A DNA stretch of 64,000 nt from Chiloscyllium plagiosum (Eukaryota): NCBI RefSeq assembly GCF_004010195.1, contig NC_057739.1:35172664-35236663 (forward strand), written 5' to 3'. This document shows, piece after piece, positions 46,365-59,600 of this stretch; position 1 is the first letter of the stretch; each line of letters starts with the position of its first letter. Below the pieces are notes generated by a model. It saw only the letters and a program-made list of their open reading frames with translations. It was not told where the DNA came from and did no database searches. Position numbers and translations under genes: made by a program.

Positions 46365-46480
46365 CACGGTGGATCATCACAATTGTTGCAATTAGCAACA
46401 CACCCCTTGCAATTTGTTGACCATTGTATTGCAAATTAATTTGCAAATTATATTTGCATTAGAAATGCTAATTTTTCTAT
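46365..46480. promoter_or_regulatory. Candidate Sox/POU motif cluster (putative enhancer)
   Basis: CATTGTATTGCAAAT 46422-46436, palindrome TTGCAAATTAATTTGCAA 46429-46446, octamer ATTTGCAT 46452-46459, ATGCTAAT just downstream. Confidence 0.4.
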
Positions 46481-47359
46481 ATTCTGTGTCTTATTGCTGT
46501 TGACATTTTAGGGATGGAGAAATATTTTTATATTGCCTGTGTAATGGGTGAGGCACTGCTGTTATTTGTCTAATCTGACAGTTAAAAGAGTGGTATTGCT
46601 AATGAGGAAATTCACAGTTGTTGATGTGTATATTTAGGGATTATGATATTAATGATCAATTTTGCATTTTACTATTGCTCTGTGTTTTCTGGATATAATT
46701 GTAGAGTCACAGCTCAAGGCTTGGTGCCTCGAGGTTGTTTCAGCTGCCTGAAGCTGCTAGCAGGGAGCTTGTTGGCTGTGTAGTTTCGACTAAAGAAGGT
46801 TAATTACCATAATGATATGTTATTTATATCTCTTCCAAATCAGTTTTTCAGCTTAGAAATGAAATCATTCTTGAATTAAATGCAAAACTGTCATTTTTAA
46901 GTAACAAAGTGTATTAATTGTTCCTTTTCGGTCAAAGACCAGCAAGCCTACAATCGCATTTGACTGCATTCTTTGTGGCTGTTTCAGATTTTGGCATTCA
47001 TTTGGCTTAATATGCATGAGAGTTTGCTCAAACTGAACCATTTGGGAATTTCTTGCAACTCAGTGTAAATTATAAGCTTGGATCCCATTGTTTGATTTTC
47101 ATAAAAATGAAAAAAAGTCCATTTCATCCCATTGAAATTGGCCTTGAAATGGTTCCCTACTTTATTGATCCTTCTTTAAAAAGAACACTCACCATTCTCC
47201 TTCTGTTCCCTCAAACAATGATAGACCAGCTCCTTTCCCTCGGCAGTCCTTTAAGCGTTTTGTTACTTCCCAAATTTCTAACCATGTTTCCTGCAACTAT
47301 CCTTGCTATAGGTGAGGCTGTCGCATAAAATTAATATCTCTAGATTAATAAAGCAGTGA

Positions 47360-48460
47360 CTAAAGTTAATGCTGTGGGAGACATTGGTTAAAATCCCACT
47401 ATGGCAGCCTGTGAAATTTGAACTCAATTCATAATTCTGGAATTTAAAGCTAGTCTAATGACAACAATGTACATATTGTCGATTGTCATAAAATCTGGTT
47501 CACTAACCTCTATAGGGAAAGAAATTTGTCATTTTTATATGGTCTGTCCTGTGTGTGATGCTTTCTTAGCTGTCTTCTGAAATGGCTTAGAGCAATGGTT
47601 CCAACTTTTTTAGTATCAAGGCACAATTCAATGAGACAAACAATTCCACCACACACTCACCTTTCTCAGCTGAAGGTTTGCTCATAAATATCACATTTAC
47701 TTGCATTTAATATGGTTATGTCCTTATGGGAGAAATTCACAACATAGTGCATACAACATGCTAAAAGCATTAATGTTTTAAATCCATCAGAAAAAATACA
47801 GATTGCGAGCACAGATAAAATCTGCTGAACTCAACTGTTTTCCAACTTCTCTCTGCAGATGAAACATTCAGATAAGGGCAAGCAGCATCTCCTGTCCGTG
47901 AAAATCCAAAGGCTAGATAGCTCTCATTATGCTGTCTCTGAACAATTCTTGCTTTTCTTCCCTTGGGTTCAGGTGTTTCATCAACTGAATTAGCAAAGGA
48001 ATTGCCTGTTGTTTGATGAGAAACTTATTCATTTCTTTTTAGAATTTATTCTAAGACTTTGATCAGTGGCTGAACTTAACAAAAAAAAATCCCAAAATAC
48101 TCACCTTAAAATCTGTGCTAATGTGGAAACATGTCCAGGCAGCAGGCCTGTTCAGCAATTGCGTGCCTCTTTGCTGTGCATATGTGGTTTCATCCCATCC
48201 TTGATCATTGCATATACTCAGACTGAATGGTTAGGCATGCTCAAGTAGGTTGCATAACAAGTGATTTTCCCATCTGCCACACATTTGCGCTATCAAAGTT
48301 CTGCTCAAAACAGCCACACTTTCTGAGAGTTCTGTGACACATTCTTACCTTGCCATGGAGCACCGGTTGAAATTTTCTGGCTTGGAGTCAATCAATTCAA
48401 GTGAAATTAGAGATGGCCAAGAAATGTTGGCTTTGCTAGTGATGCTTGCATCCATAAAAG
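47360..48460 (+). mobile_element. 7016-type SINE split by a hAT insertion
   Basis: Head and body 47360-47592 end CTGAAATGGCTTAG; tail resumes 48388-48460 with ATTAGAGATGGCCAAGAAATGTTGGC. Confidence 0.7.
47593..48379. mobile_element. Non-autonomous hAT (Charlie-like) DNA transposon
   Basis: Ends CAATGGTTCCAAC / GTTGAAATTTTCTG; 8-bp TSD GCTTAGAG vs GCTTGGAG; subterminal GCACCGGTTG. Confidence 0.75.
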
Positions 48461-48559
48461 TGTAAAAGCTTAATCTGTATGATCAGGTTTATATCCTGTC
48501 ATGACATTGAAATGGTAATCAATCACATGATATTCTATGATCCACAATTCCCCTCTTGC

Positions 48560-49600
48560 CAGTCTAAAGTTCTCTCTCTTTGATACATTATTGAGACCAC
48601 CTCATCCAATCATGGCTCAGGTTGCTCTGGCTATGCTTGTGTCTACCCCAGAGTCTCCCAAGGTACTATCCTTGGTCATCTGCTCTTCCTCATTTATATG
48701 CACCTGATATGTTACCCATAATTTGTTTTCTGACTGCTTGATTGATGTCCTGACCAATAAAAGCTCCATTTTCCTTTAGTGAAGTACTGGGAACACTGGA
48801 AGTATCATCTTCTGTCCCCACCACAAACTCCTTACCTATGCTACTGATTCCATTTTTATTGTCACTGATTGAACTTGACTGTTAAGGGTCTTGATGACCT
48901 TCTGACCTTTCATCCTCTCCATCGCTCTGGCCATGTCTTTTCGCTCTCTTTTATATTGCCTGTATTTTGTCCTCCATAAACTTCAATGCATTGAAAATTC
49001 CACATATGTCTTTTTCTGCTGGCCTAGCTTGCCCCAGCCTTGCTTTCCTGCATGGGTTCTAATCACTTAATTTGTTAGTTTAAATTTTGATTGTTATGTT
49101 TATTTCTCTATAACACTTCTCCTTCCTTGCCTCTTAAACTCAACTAGCCCTGCAATCTTCTTAGAACACTGCATTCCTCTGATTCTTGCCTCGTGATTTC
49201 CTTGGTCACCTGCTCTTCCTCATTTAAATGCACTGATATGTTACCCATAATTTGTTTTCATACTGTTTGATTAATGTCCTGACCAGCAAAAGCTCCATTT
49301 TCCTTCAGTGAAGTATTGGGAACACTCGAAATATCTTCTGTCCTCACCACAAACTCCTTAACTGTGCTACTGATTCCATTTTTTTTTCCCTGATCACTCG
49401 TGACTGGTTTATGGTCTGGAATTCCCTTTTTAGATCTAATCATCAACTTTCACTTAAGATCTTTTGTAAAACTCACCTCTTCAACTGTACTATGACACCC
49501 CACCCCTAAAGCCCTTCCAATGGCTTAGAATCAATTTGTCATGTTTAATCTTCTATGAAATAACTATTTTTCAATGTTAAAGGTGTTGCATAAATGAAAA
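48560..49600 (+). mobile_element. Ancient L2-like LINE remnant with internal ~190-bp duplication
   Basis: PQGTILGHLLFLIYM; 3' end TGTTAAAGGTGTTGCATAAATG; 48670-48856 repeated at 49200-49385. Confidence 0.6.
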
Positions 49601-52600
49601 TTGCCAGGCTGAGATATTGTTCCATGAATTCTAGAATGCCTTTGGCATCTCCCCAAAGTGACTTTTAATAAGTGACTATTTGTATTGAATAGATTTGGAT
49701 CCTGGCCCAAGTTATAATATTTCATCAGTACCTGACCACAGGTATCAGCAAGATCAGTGGATAGCGAGCTGCATTTGGAATCTTGGCCATTCTCGCCATC
49801 AGCTCACGGGTGCTGAAACAAATTGCAGCAAACTCCCAGTTCTAGCTGAGTTGAATTAATTCAGCAAACTAAGGTATCCATGATCTGTATGGCTCAAATA
49901 CTCACTGATTTAAGCTGTCCTTTGTTTGAGATCCCTTGTGGCATTGAGGCACTAAATCGAACTACTGAAATACATTACAGTATGCATGTGCTGCACCTGG
50001 AAGAGTTTCCAATTCAATCAAAGTTGAAACGAGACTGCCTTTAAACAATATTTCTGACAATGTGAGCTGTCCATGGTGCTGAAATGTAGTACTGTTTTCA
50101 TTCCAAAGCCTGATTGATATGTGCTGCCAGCAATGATTGCAATACTGTCATGCCTTTTTTGCAATAAATGTTGATGTGGTCAGTACTTGATAGTAGAGAT
50201 AAGCAGATACTTAGCTAAGGTGTTGTTATGAGTGCTTGGGCGTGAAAAAGAACTGTTAATGGAATTGTTTTCTTACACTAAATGAACTTGTGGGGTTGAC
50301 TTGACATGAGGATAAACTCGAGTAAATAATCATGGTTTAGTAGTTTAAGTTAAGATAACAATTCTATTGATGAGGTAGGTAAAAGATTAATTATTCCTGA
50401 ATTGGTAGTGAACTCCAAAGCCTATGTACAGAGATTTAGGAAAGTTTGTATTGAAATATGAAAATACCAGACACCCGTGTAACACAGCAATTTTTGTTTT
50501 CTACTTTATACATTTTTTGCATTGCTGTTTGAGTCTTTGCTCACCAGACGACACATGAATCATCATGGTCAAACCATTAATTTCAATTCCAAATGTTCTG
50601 TCATAACTCATTTTGGTGTTCAGTTTTTTTTCTTATTTTCCTAGGTTGCAACATGAAAATAATTCATTGACATAATTCATAATACATCTCAAAGTGCTTA
50701 GAGATGTAAAGAGGTGCTCTCTAAATACAAATCCTTGTGCTTGTAGATCTACTAGTGATGGGAAACACTAGACTTGTGAAGGGAAACGTCTTAGAATAAA
50801 GTTGTTTTTGTTAAAAATGCATGAGTGATTCATAAGTGCCATCATGAAATCCTCTTGAGTTATACAAGTACAGTGCAAGATAATTTGCTTAAATATGGAG
50901 CTCTGGTTATAATTCTACACACTTGCAGCTGTATAGCAATTAATAATAATGTTGAAGGGTATCCTTTTACAGAGGTGTAACATTCAGCTGTACAGTGAGC
51001 TTGAACTTTATTAAACTATCACTCTGCTGTCACTTTTCCTTGTTTTGGCACTCTATCATTGTGTACAGAGCTTATTTGTACCCAAACTACTTTTCTTTGC
51101 AGAGTTCGTTAGCCCTTGTTTGTTTTTCTTGGCCCTGATTTATAGAACTCTATTTCATAAAATACCAGAGCATGACACAGCTGGTGACTACAAACAATTA
51201 ATTAACCCCTATCTGCTCCATACCTACCCAGTAATCAGGGCTGTAGTGTACCAATCGGATGTTTGTACATCTTATATTGGTGTTAAAGTATATTTCTAAA
51301 GTGTGGTTTCATTTGCTTAGTAATACCACTGTGATTTATGACTGATGTGCTGATTTAGAAGTGAGCACTGAATTATAGAGAAGCCATTGCAATCCTCCTC
51401 TGCTTTTGTCTGGATTTTCAAAAAAAAACAAGCCTCATAAATCACAAAATAAGCTGCTTTCATTTAAAACTGGATACCCTTTCGTAAATTCTGTGTCCTC
51501 AACACAAGTTACTGTGTAGTTTGATAGTTTCTACTGATTGTAACAAAGGAAAAAGTTTTCTTTTTCAATTACAGAGGGTGATAAATTATCCCCTGCAAAA
51601 CAAGCGATGGTGTGAAAATAGAAGGTGAAATGGGAAAAGATGGAAAAAAAAGGCAGATTTATGTTTCCTTAATAAAAAAAGTTAGACTTGTACTGTGATC
51701 CATAACAAAATAATTAATCTGCAAATTGCACTGAGCTTCACATAATACCTCCTCTGATTATATGCTATTTTGCTGCTTTCTAAGGTGCAACCTTGAATTA
51801 GGGTTTCCTCTAAAAACCTCTACTTATCGCTCAACTTTGAAGACGGCAGTCATTAAATAAGAATTTTTTTAAAGTGGTTTTCTTCAGATTCTGAAGTAGG
51901 ACATCCATTTGTATCCAATCTATTATTTCTGGAAGGCTACTATTTTAATATTAAATCTGTGCAACTCGCCTGTAATCTGGATCTAGACATGATTGGGTCA
52001 AATGGCCAGTGTGTCTCTTCATTTCTGAAGTTTTACTAGCTTGTATCTGTGAAATTGTGCCAAAATCATGTTTCAATTATGGACAAGGAAACCTTCTGAA
52101 TACCAATAATTGCCCTCCCTCAGCTGATGAATCCGCATCCATCCAGGTAATACTGGTGGGAAGAAACACTTATAAAAACTGTATTATTTTTATTTTTTCT
52201 GTATTTTTAATTGTGGGCCATAATGGTAAATGGTCTATAGTTTTAAACAAGGGATTGCTGCATGTTTTGAAAGCAAGTAACCTGACATAGTTGAAGTGGG
52301 GTTTGCAGATTAGCTGGAACCAAATTGTTTTGAACAAATTGAGCTTTGGCAACAATTAGTTGATTCAAATATTGCAGGAATTCCTCAGTATAGTATCCTA
52401 GATTCAGCCATCTTGGCTGTTTTAACAATGACCTTCCCTTCACCATTAAGATCTGAAGTGGGGATGTTCGCAGAAGATTGAATCATTTGCAACTTATACT
52501 GAAGTAGTCTGAGATGAGAGACAAGTGAGTGATAACAAAGTCCTTCTGTCTAACAACAATATGTGGTTGGCCTCAGATTGCTGAACAGCTTGGGGCTGTG

Positions 52601-53160
52601 AACAAAATACAGAGAAGTTATCATATCTCTACCAGCTCTGCAGCAAAATCCACTTTAAACTTGAAAAACAGACTTTAAAAGTGGAACCAATGTGCAATAG
52701 ACACAACCAAGTGATCCTACAACCAGTGGACCAGATCAAAGTTCTGCCTTGTCACCTAGAATGATGAATGTTAGTGGACAGTTAAACAGCCAACTGGAGA
52801 AGGATCACAAGTATTCTCACTCTCATTGATGGTGACAAGACACAGCTGAGTCATTTGCAACCATCTTCAGCCCGAAACTGCCAACTCACTGATCTATCTC
52901 CACCTTCTCCTAAGATTTTCAGCATCATATGTCAGTCTTAAATCAATTCAGTTCATTGCATGTGGTCAAAAAATGACTGGATTCAATAAAGGCAGTGGCC
53001 TCTTGTCAACTACCTGACTGCAATGCTGAAGCTTTGTACTGTAGAACTAGCCATGTTTTTAGGGAGCTGTTCAAATACTGCTAAACGCTATATCAGTTAT
53101 AACCTGCTATACTGCTATTCAGTTTGGGTTTTGCTAGGACCACTCAATTGTAAATCTCAA

Positions 53161-54686
53161 TACAGCATCTCATGGTTTCGTCAAGGGTAGGTCATGTCTC
53201 ACAAACCTCATTGAGTTTTTTGAGAAGGTGACCGAGCATGTTGATGAGGGTAGGGCAGTTGACATAGTATACATGGACTTCAGTAAAGCCTTTGATAAGG
53301 TTCCACATGGTAGGCTGTTGGAGAAATTGCAGAGGCATGGAATTGAGGGTGATTGAGCAGTTTGGATTAAAAACTGACTTTCTGAAAGAAGGCAGCGAGT
53401 GATGGTTGATGGAAAATATTCAGCCTGGAGTCCGGTTACTAATGGTGTGCCACAAGGATCTGTTTTGGGACCACTGCTGTTTGTCATTTTTATAAATGAC
53501 TTACATGCAGGCATTGGTGGATGGCATCGTAAATTTGCAGATGACACTAAAGTCAGTGAAGTAGTGGATAGTTTGGAAGAATGTTACAGGTTGCAGGGGG
53601 ACTTGGATAAACTGCAGAATTGTGCTGAGAGGTGGCAAATGGAGTTCAATGCAGCTAAATGTGAGGTGATGCACTTTGGGAAGAATAACAAGAAAGCAGA
53701 ATACTGGGTCAATGGAACGGTTCTTGATAGTGTGGATGTGCGGAGGGATCTTGAAGTCCATGTACATAGATCCCTGAAAGTTGCCACCCAGGTGGATAGT
53801 GCTGTTAAGGCATACAGTGTGTTAGGTTTCATTGGTAGAGGGATTGAGTTCCGGAGTCGCAATATCATGCTGCAAATATACAAAACACTGGTGCGGCCAC
53901 ACCTGCAATATTGTGTACAGTTCTGGTCTCCATATTTCGGGAAGGATGTGGAAGCATTGGAAAAGGTGCAGAGATTTACCAGGAGATTTACCTGGTTTGG
54001 AAGGAAGGTCTTATGAGGAAAGGCTGAGAGACTTGGGTCTGTTCTCATTGGAAAGAAGAAGGCAAAGAGGGGATTTAATAGAGGCATACAAGATGTTCAG
54101 AGGATTAGGTAGGGTAGACAGAGAAAGTCTTTTTCCTAGGATGATGATGTCAGCTTGTACAAGGGGGCATAACTACAAATTGAGGGGTGATAGATTTAAG
54201 ACAGATGTCAGAGGCAGGTTCTTTACGCAGAGTGGTAAGGGTGTGAAATGCCCTACCTGCTAATGTAGTCAACTCAGCCACATTAGGGAGATTTAAACAA
54301 TCCTTAGATAAGCACATGGATGATTTTGGGATAGTGTAGGGGGACGAGTTGAGAATAGTTCACAGGTTGGCGTAACATCGAGGGCCTATCTTCAATCATG
54401 TCATCGTATTACAGTTGATCGGACTTTTCTTGTAATTAAGAAACCTTTCCCAGGAAATATCATTGGATTAACTTACTGTAAATTGTGTCACCTTATATGA
54501 TTGGTCTTTCTTGTAATTAAGGTTGTACTATTTCTTAAACATATAAATAATATGTAATTTTCAAATGTAATTGCGCAACTTCACCATGGAACACAGAAGC
54601 TTCAACCTCTGTTGCTGGATAGAATTGTGTCAAAGTACCTTATTTCAATAAACTAATACCCACCGTTGTATTGTTCTATGTTCTAT
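53161..54686 (+). mobile_element. CR1 LINE (subfamily distinct from the HER1 copies), 5'-truncated, 7-bp TSD
   Basis: ORF 53399-54016 GVPQGSVLGPLLFVIFINDL...FADDTK...YKTLVRPHLQYCVQFWSP; tail TTCTATGTTCTAT; ATCTCAA at 53154-53160 and 54685-54691. Confidence 0.93.
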
Positions 54687-54691
54687 CTCAA

Positions 54692-54822
54692 GCAAAATAC
54701 TGCAGATTATGGAACTCTGAAATAAAAGTAGAAAATACTGGTAATACTCTGCAGGAAAGGTAGTATCTGTGAGGAGAGAAACTGAACTAATATTCCAGGT
54801 CTTTGATCCTTTTGATTAGAAC
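54692..54822 (-). mobile_element. Decayed PLE-terminus arm (family B)
   Basis: GCAAAATACTGCAGATTATGGAACTCTGAAATAAAA...GAGAGAAACTGAACTAAT. Confidence 0.55.
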
Positions 54823-56049
54823 TTGAGATAGCTGTTGAATATGAACAAAGGAGCTGAACTTAAATGATGTAAAGATGAATTCCTTAAAATTAGATAGCAT
54901 TTGATTGAGTAAGGCATCAATATGCTCTTGCAAAATCATGACCAGTGGGAATTGGGGAAAATACTCCCTTGGCTGAAGTCATACCAAAAACATATACTAT
55001 AAGGCTAAGATGGTAACCAGGTATCTCGGCCTCAGGACATTGTTGCAGGAGTTCTTCAGAGTAGTATGCTAGGCTCAGCCATCATGACTGTTTCATCAAT
55101 GACCTTCCCTCACCATAAGATCAGAAGTGGGGACGTTCGCGGAAGATTGAACCATTTGCAATTTATTTTGAAATAGTCTGAGCCTTCTGGAAATCAATTG
55201 GGCTTGGGCTGATGCGGGGCAGGTTACACCAGTGTGAATAAGTTCCATGTAATTCCACCTCCAACAAGAGAATTCAATAACGGTATTGTCACTAGACTTG
55301 TAATCCAGAGACTTAGGCTGATTGAACATTATGTATCAGATCAGAGTTGTCATTAGCAGAGTCCAGAGCTTCGTTGACACATTGTGTGATGATGTAGCCT
55401 AGATTTTATTTTAAATTAGAGTGTTTACACTTTGAAATCTGTAATTTATTCTACATTAATTTTCAAACATTTCTGGAGTTTAGACGTAAAATTAATTTTT
55501 TAAATGCAGCTGAGTGTGAGTGTGTTGTAGGCTAAGTGCTAGTTTGTATAGATGTCCTAAGATTTATTCTATAAATGGTGGAACACAAGAATGCAGAGGA
55601 AAAGCTTTTGATGGAGTTTCATTAATTACTGCACTCTTTGAAGAAAAACGCTGGTTCTCATAGGTGTCCAAGACCCAATGTTTGTGTAGATCTCTGCTGT
55701 TCACAAGCAGTTAGCAGAGGTCATTTTTCTTTTAAATTCCTTGAAGCAATCACACATACAAGCTATTGGAATCATGTTCCTTTTAACCTGCATGTTTTAC
55801 TCTAACTGGGAGTCTGTCTCTTCCATTCTATTTGATCTTGAATATAATTATTTTCCTGTATCCGTTGTCAGTTGCTAGCTTACACTGACATCTCAGATGT
55901 ACTGCATGCCCTTCTTTTTAATCTAGCGCTTGCTGAGTAACAAGGTTGTGCTGTCACAATTCGTTTCTACCATTTTAAATTCATATTTATTAGAGTTGAA
56001 ACTGTTTCTAGCTTTTCTCTTCTGTAGTAGGTGCCCTCAAGCACTAAGC

Positions 56050-56330
56050 AACAACAGTGCTAATCAATGGCATTGATTACCGGCAGGAGGTCCTGCGGCA
56101 CAGTCTGCACAGGAGCAGAGAGGGAACTGAGGCTGCAGCCTGTTGCTAATTAAAACTGTACTTACAGCACCAAATGTGAAGTCAGACAGGCAATGAAGAG
56201 TGAATGCTAACTTAAGAGAATTTCAGAAAAAAGATGGTAGAGAACAAAGTAGACTATTTGAAGGTCCTAATGAAATTGCAGCCAAGAGCAACTCTGGTTT
56301 AATGAAGTTTCAGTCAGAAGCCTTGTTTCT
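56050..56330. promoter_or_regulatory. Candidate conserved non-coding element
   Basis: No recognisable repeat; hairpin TAATCAATG-G-CATTGATTA, CTAATTAA, TAATGAAATTGC, TTTAATGA. Confidence 0.3.
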
Positions 56331-57046
56331 TTAACCCTTTCATTGTCTACTGTATTTTGAAATGTTTGCTTTATGTTCACTGTCACTATTATGACACTGT
56401 CTAATATGAGAGAGAAACAAAGTAACTGTAGACCTGATGGTTAAATGTTGGTTTGAGAAGACTGTAAGATGTCTGCATTGATAGTGACTCAATATTTAAA
56501 AAACTATGAAATCTTGAGTGAGCTGGCATGAATATTATTGGTATGCAGCCACATGCTTAAGATTTTAGACAAAATGGTTATTTTAAAACCTGTTTGGTGA
56601 GAACAAGCTTTTACCAATCCCCATAAAGTGAGGTGTCCAACCTTTGGATCCTTGTCGAAATTTAGCCTGCTTCCTAATTTCTCTCACTCTCTTGATTATA
56701 GTAGCCTTTGCCTTTGAGATAATCCTTGACAGTCTCCGTACATCTGACTTGAGTAGTGTGAATGAAAAGTGTTCACTTCCTGCAGAAACTGGGAGCCAAT
56801 TCTTGCTTTGTTCCCACAGACCCAGAGATTTACAGAACTTTCTCTTTATGTCCCAGAATATAAATTTGATTGACACATCCTATTCTCTCAAACCCTATAT
56901 GTAGTAATCATTGAAGCAGATTAGAGAAGGTTCCTGTTTACATGAACTCCTGTTTTCTTATTAGGTGCCCCCAGGCTTCCTCCAACACATTATAATCAGT
57001 GGAGAAGTGAAAACAAAGGGAGAGTTGTAGCCAAAAAAAGTAAGAA

Positions 57047-58555
57047 TTAGAGTCATAGAGATGTACAGCACGGAAATAGACCCTTTGGTCCAACTTGTCC
57101 ATGCTGACCAGATATCCCAACCCAATCTAGTCCCACCTGCCAGCACCTGGCCCATATCCCTCCAAACCCTTCCTATTCATATACCCATCCTGATGCCTTT
57201 TAAGTGTTGCAATTGTACCAGCCTCCTCCACTTCTCACCCCATCTATATATCCTGTCCATGCCCCTCATGATCTTATAAACCTCTAGAAGGTCAACCCTC
57301 AGCCTCCGACACTCCAGGGAAAACAGCACTAGCCTATTCAGCCTCTCCCTATAGCTCAAATCCTGCAACCCTGGCAACATCCTTGTAAATCTTTTCTGAA
57401 CCCTTTCAAGTTTCACAACATCTTTCCAATAGGAATGAGACCAGAATTGCACACAATATTCCAACAGTGGCCTAACCAATGTCCTGTACCACCACAACAT
57501 GACTTCCCAACTCCTACACTCAGTACTCTGACCAATAAAGGAAAGCATACCAAACGCCTTCTTCACCATCCTATCCACCTGCAACTCCACTTTCAAGAAG
57601 CAGTGAACCTGCACTCCAAGGTCTCTTTGTTCAGCAATACTCCTGAAGACCTTACCATTAAGTGTATAAGTCCTCCTAAGATTTGCTTTCCCAAAATGCA
57701 GCACCTCACATTTATCTAAATTAAACTCCATCTGCCACTCCTCAGCCCATTGGCCCATCTGATCAAGATCCCACTGTAATCTGAGGTAACCTTCTTTGCT
57801 GTCCACTACACCTCCCATTTTGGTGTCATCTCCAAACTTACAAACTATACCTCTTATGTTCACATCCAAATCATTTTTAATATAAATGATGAAAAGCAGT
57901 GGACCCAGCACTGATCCTTCTGGCACTCCACTGGTCACAGGCCTCCAATACTCAACCATCACCCTCTGTCTCCTACCTTTTGAGCCAGTTCTGTATCCAA
58001 ATGGCGAGTTCTCCCTGTGTTCTGAGATCTAACCTTGCTCACCAGTCTCCCATGCGGTACCTTGTCGAATGCCTTACTGAAGTCCATATAGATCACATCC
58101 ACCGCTCTGACTTCATCAATCCTCTTTGTTACTTCTTCAAAAAACTCAACCAAGTTTGTGAGACATGATTTCTCATACAACAAGCCATGTTGACTATCCC
58201 TAGTCAGTGCTTGCCGTTCCACATACATGTGCCTCCTGTCCCTCAGGATTTCCTCCAACAACTTGCCCACCACCAACGTCAGGCTTACTGGTCTATCGTT
58301 CCCTGGCTTGTCCTTACCACCTTTCTTAAACAGTGGCACCATGTTAGCCAACGTCCAGTCTTTCAGCATCTCACCAGTGACTATCAATGATACAAATATC
58401 TCAGCAAGAGGCTCAGCAATCACTTCCCATGTTTCCCACAGAGTTTGATGGTACACCTGATCAGGTCTTGGGGGTTTATCTACTTTTATGCGTTTCAAGA
58501 CATCCAGCACTTCTCCCTCTGTAATATGAACATTTTTCAAGATGTCACCATCTAT
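57047..58555 (-). mobile_element. HER1/CR1 LINE, 5'-truncated
   Basis: Minus ORFs 57959-58540 and 57177-57962 cover the RT (PLFKKG, QHG, DFSKAFDKV, GVPEGSVLGP, FGDDTK). Confidence 0.95.
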
Positions 58556-58689
58556 TAAGGGGAGACGACAGAGATGGAAGTGAAAAAGGTGAACATGTTC
58601 TTATGCAAGTATTCTAAGTTTGTGACGAGACATGGACATCTTCCCCACATGAGCAACTATGTGGCCCCTTCATTAACAACTTAAAAATC

Positions 58690-59600
58690 ATTCACTAGAT
58701 GTATGAAGAGCTGACTAGTCTAGTCTAGCATTGACTGTCTATCTCTCAAAGGCCTTGAGAAATGTGGCAACAAGGCATCTTCTTGAAATGCTGTGATCCA
58801 TATGTACGTGCACCCAAGGTACTGTTAAGGAAGGAGCTCTCAGATTTTGACATTGAAATGACGGATTGGTGACATGGTTCAGAGACAGATGTGTGGCTTG
58901 GAGGGGAACTTGCAGGTGGTGCTGTTCCCATGATCTCAGCCCTCCTCTGTCTCAGTGATAGAGGCCATAAGTTGGGAAGGGGTGACTGAAGAAGCCTTGT
59001 TGAGTTGATGCAGTACATCTCATAGATATTAAATAATGTGGTGGTGTTGGGAGTAAATGTTACAGGTCATGGATAGGGTGTGAATAGAATTATAGAATCC
59101 CTAACTGTGGAAGTAGATCACTCAGTCCAGACCTACCCCCTACCCTGTCCCTGTAACCCTGCATTTCCCATGATTAATCCACTTACCCTGTACATCCCTA
59201 GCCGCTACGGACAATTTAGCATGAGCAATCTTCATAATCTTTGTCCCCGTGTCTGCATGGGTTTCCTCCCACAGTCCAGATGGAAACCCCACATGCCCAA
59301 GGGTGGAATTGAACCTGTGTTCCTGGTGCTGTGAGGCAGCAGCATTAACCACTGAGTCACTTTGCTGCCTGACAAAGAAAGAGCTATATTTTAAGAATAA
59401 AATGGGTTGCTTTTTTTCAGCTTTTAGTGTCATTGGAACTGCACTCATCCAGGAGGCTGATAGCATTCCATCATACTCCTGCCTTCTGTGCTGTAAAGTG
59501 TCCATAAGCTTTGGACAGATGTGTGTTGAGCTATTTGTTGCAGAATTATTGGTTCTGATCTACTTTTGTAGCCCCAGTATTTGTATGGCTAGTCAGTTCA
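58690..59600 (-). mobile_element. CR1/L2-group LINE 3' fragment interrupted by HE1
   Basis: GGCTTGGAGGGGAACTTGCAGGTGGT is shared with 17058-17085. Confidence 0.7.
59083..59360 (-). mobile_element. HE1-type V-SINE (rearranged centre)
   Basis: Minus head CTCAGTGGTTAATGCTGCTGCCTCACAGCACCAGG..GGTTCAATTCC; V-domain segment locally inverted at about 59244-59278. Confidence 0.8.

Larger units (their letters stand above)
52370..55270 (+). mobile_element. Fragments of the CR1/L2-group LINE flanking a younger CR1 (52370-53150 and 54850-55270)
   Basis: GIPQYSIL/GVLQSSMLG, NDLPSTIRSEVG(M/T)FAED seen twice. Confidence 0.6.

Noticed and set aside
50620-50720. Strong polypyrimidine-AG acceptor-like site (also near 51575 and 63550)
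   Set aside because: No convincing open frame or donor site follows; such tracts are common in T-rich DNA.
53399-54263. 205-aa and 143-aa ORFs as a CDS
   Set aside because: CR1 ORF2 fragments with upstream stops and frameshifts.
57177-58540. Long minus-strand ORFs (261 aa and 193 aa) as a functional gene
   Set aside because: Frameshifted, 5'-truncated HER1 RT with the catalytic-region motif altered; not a host CDS.
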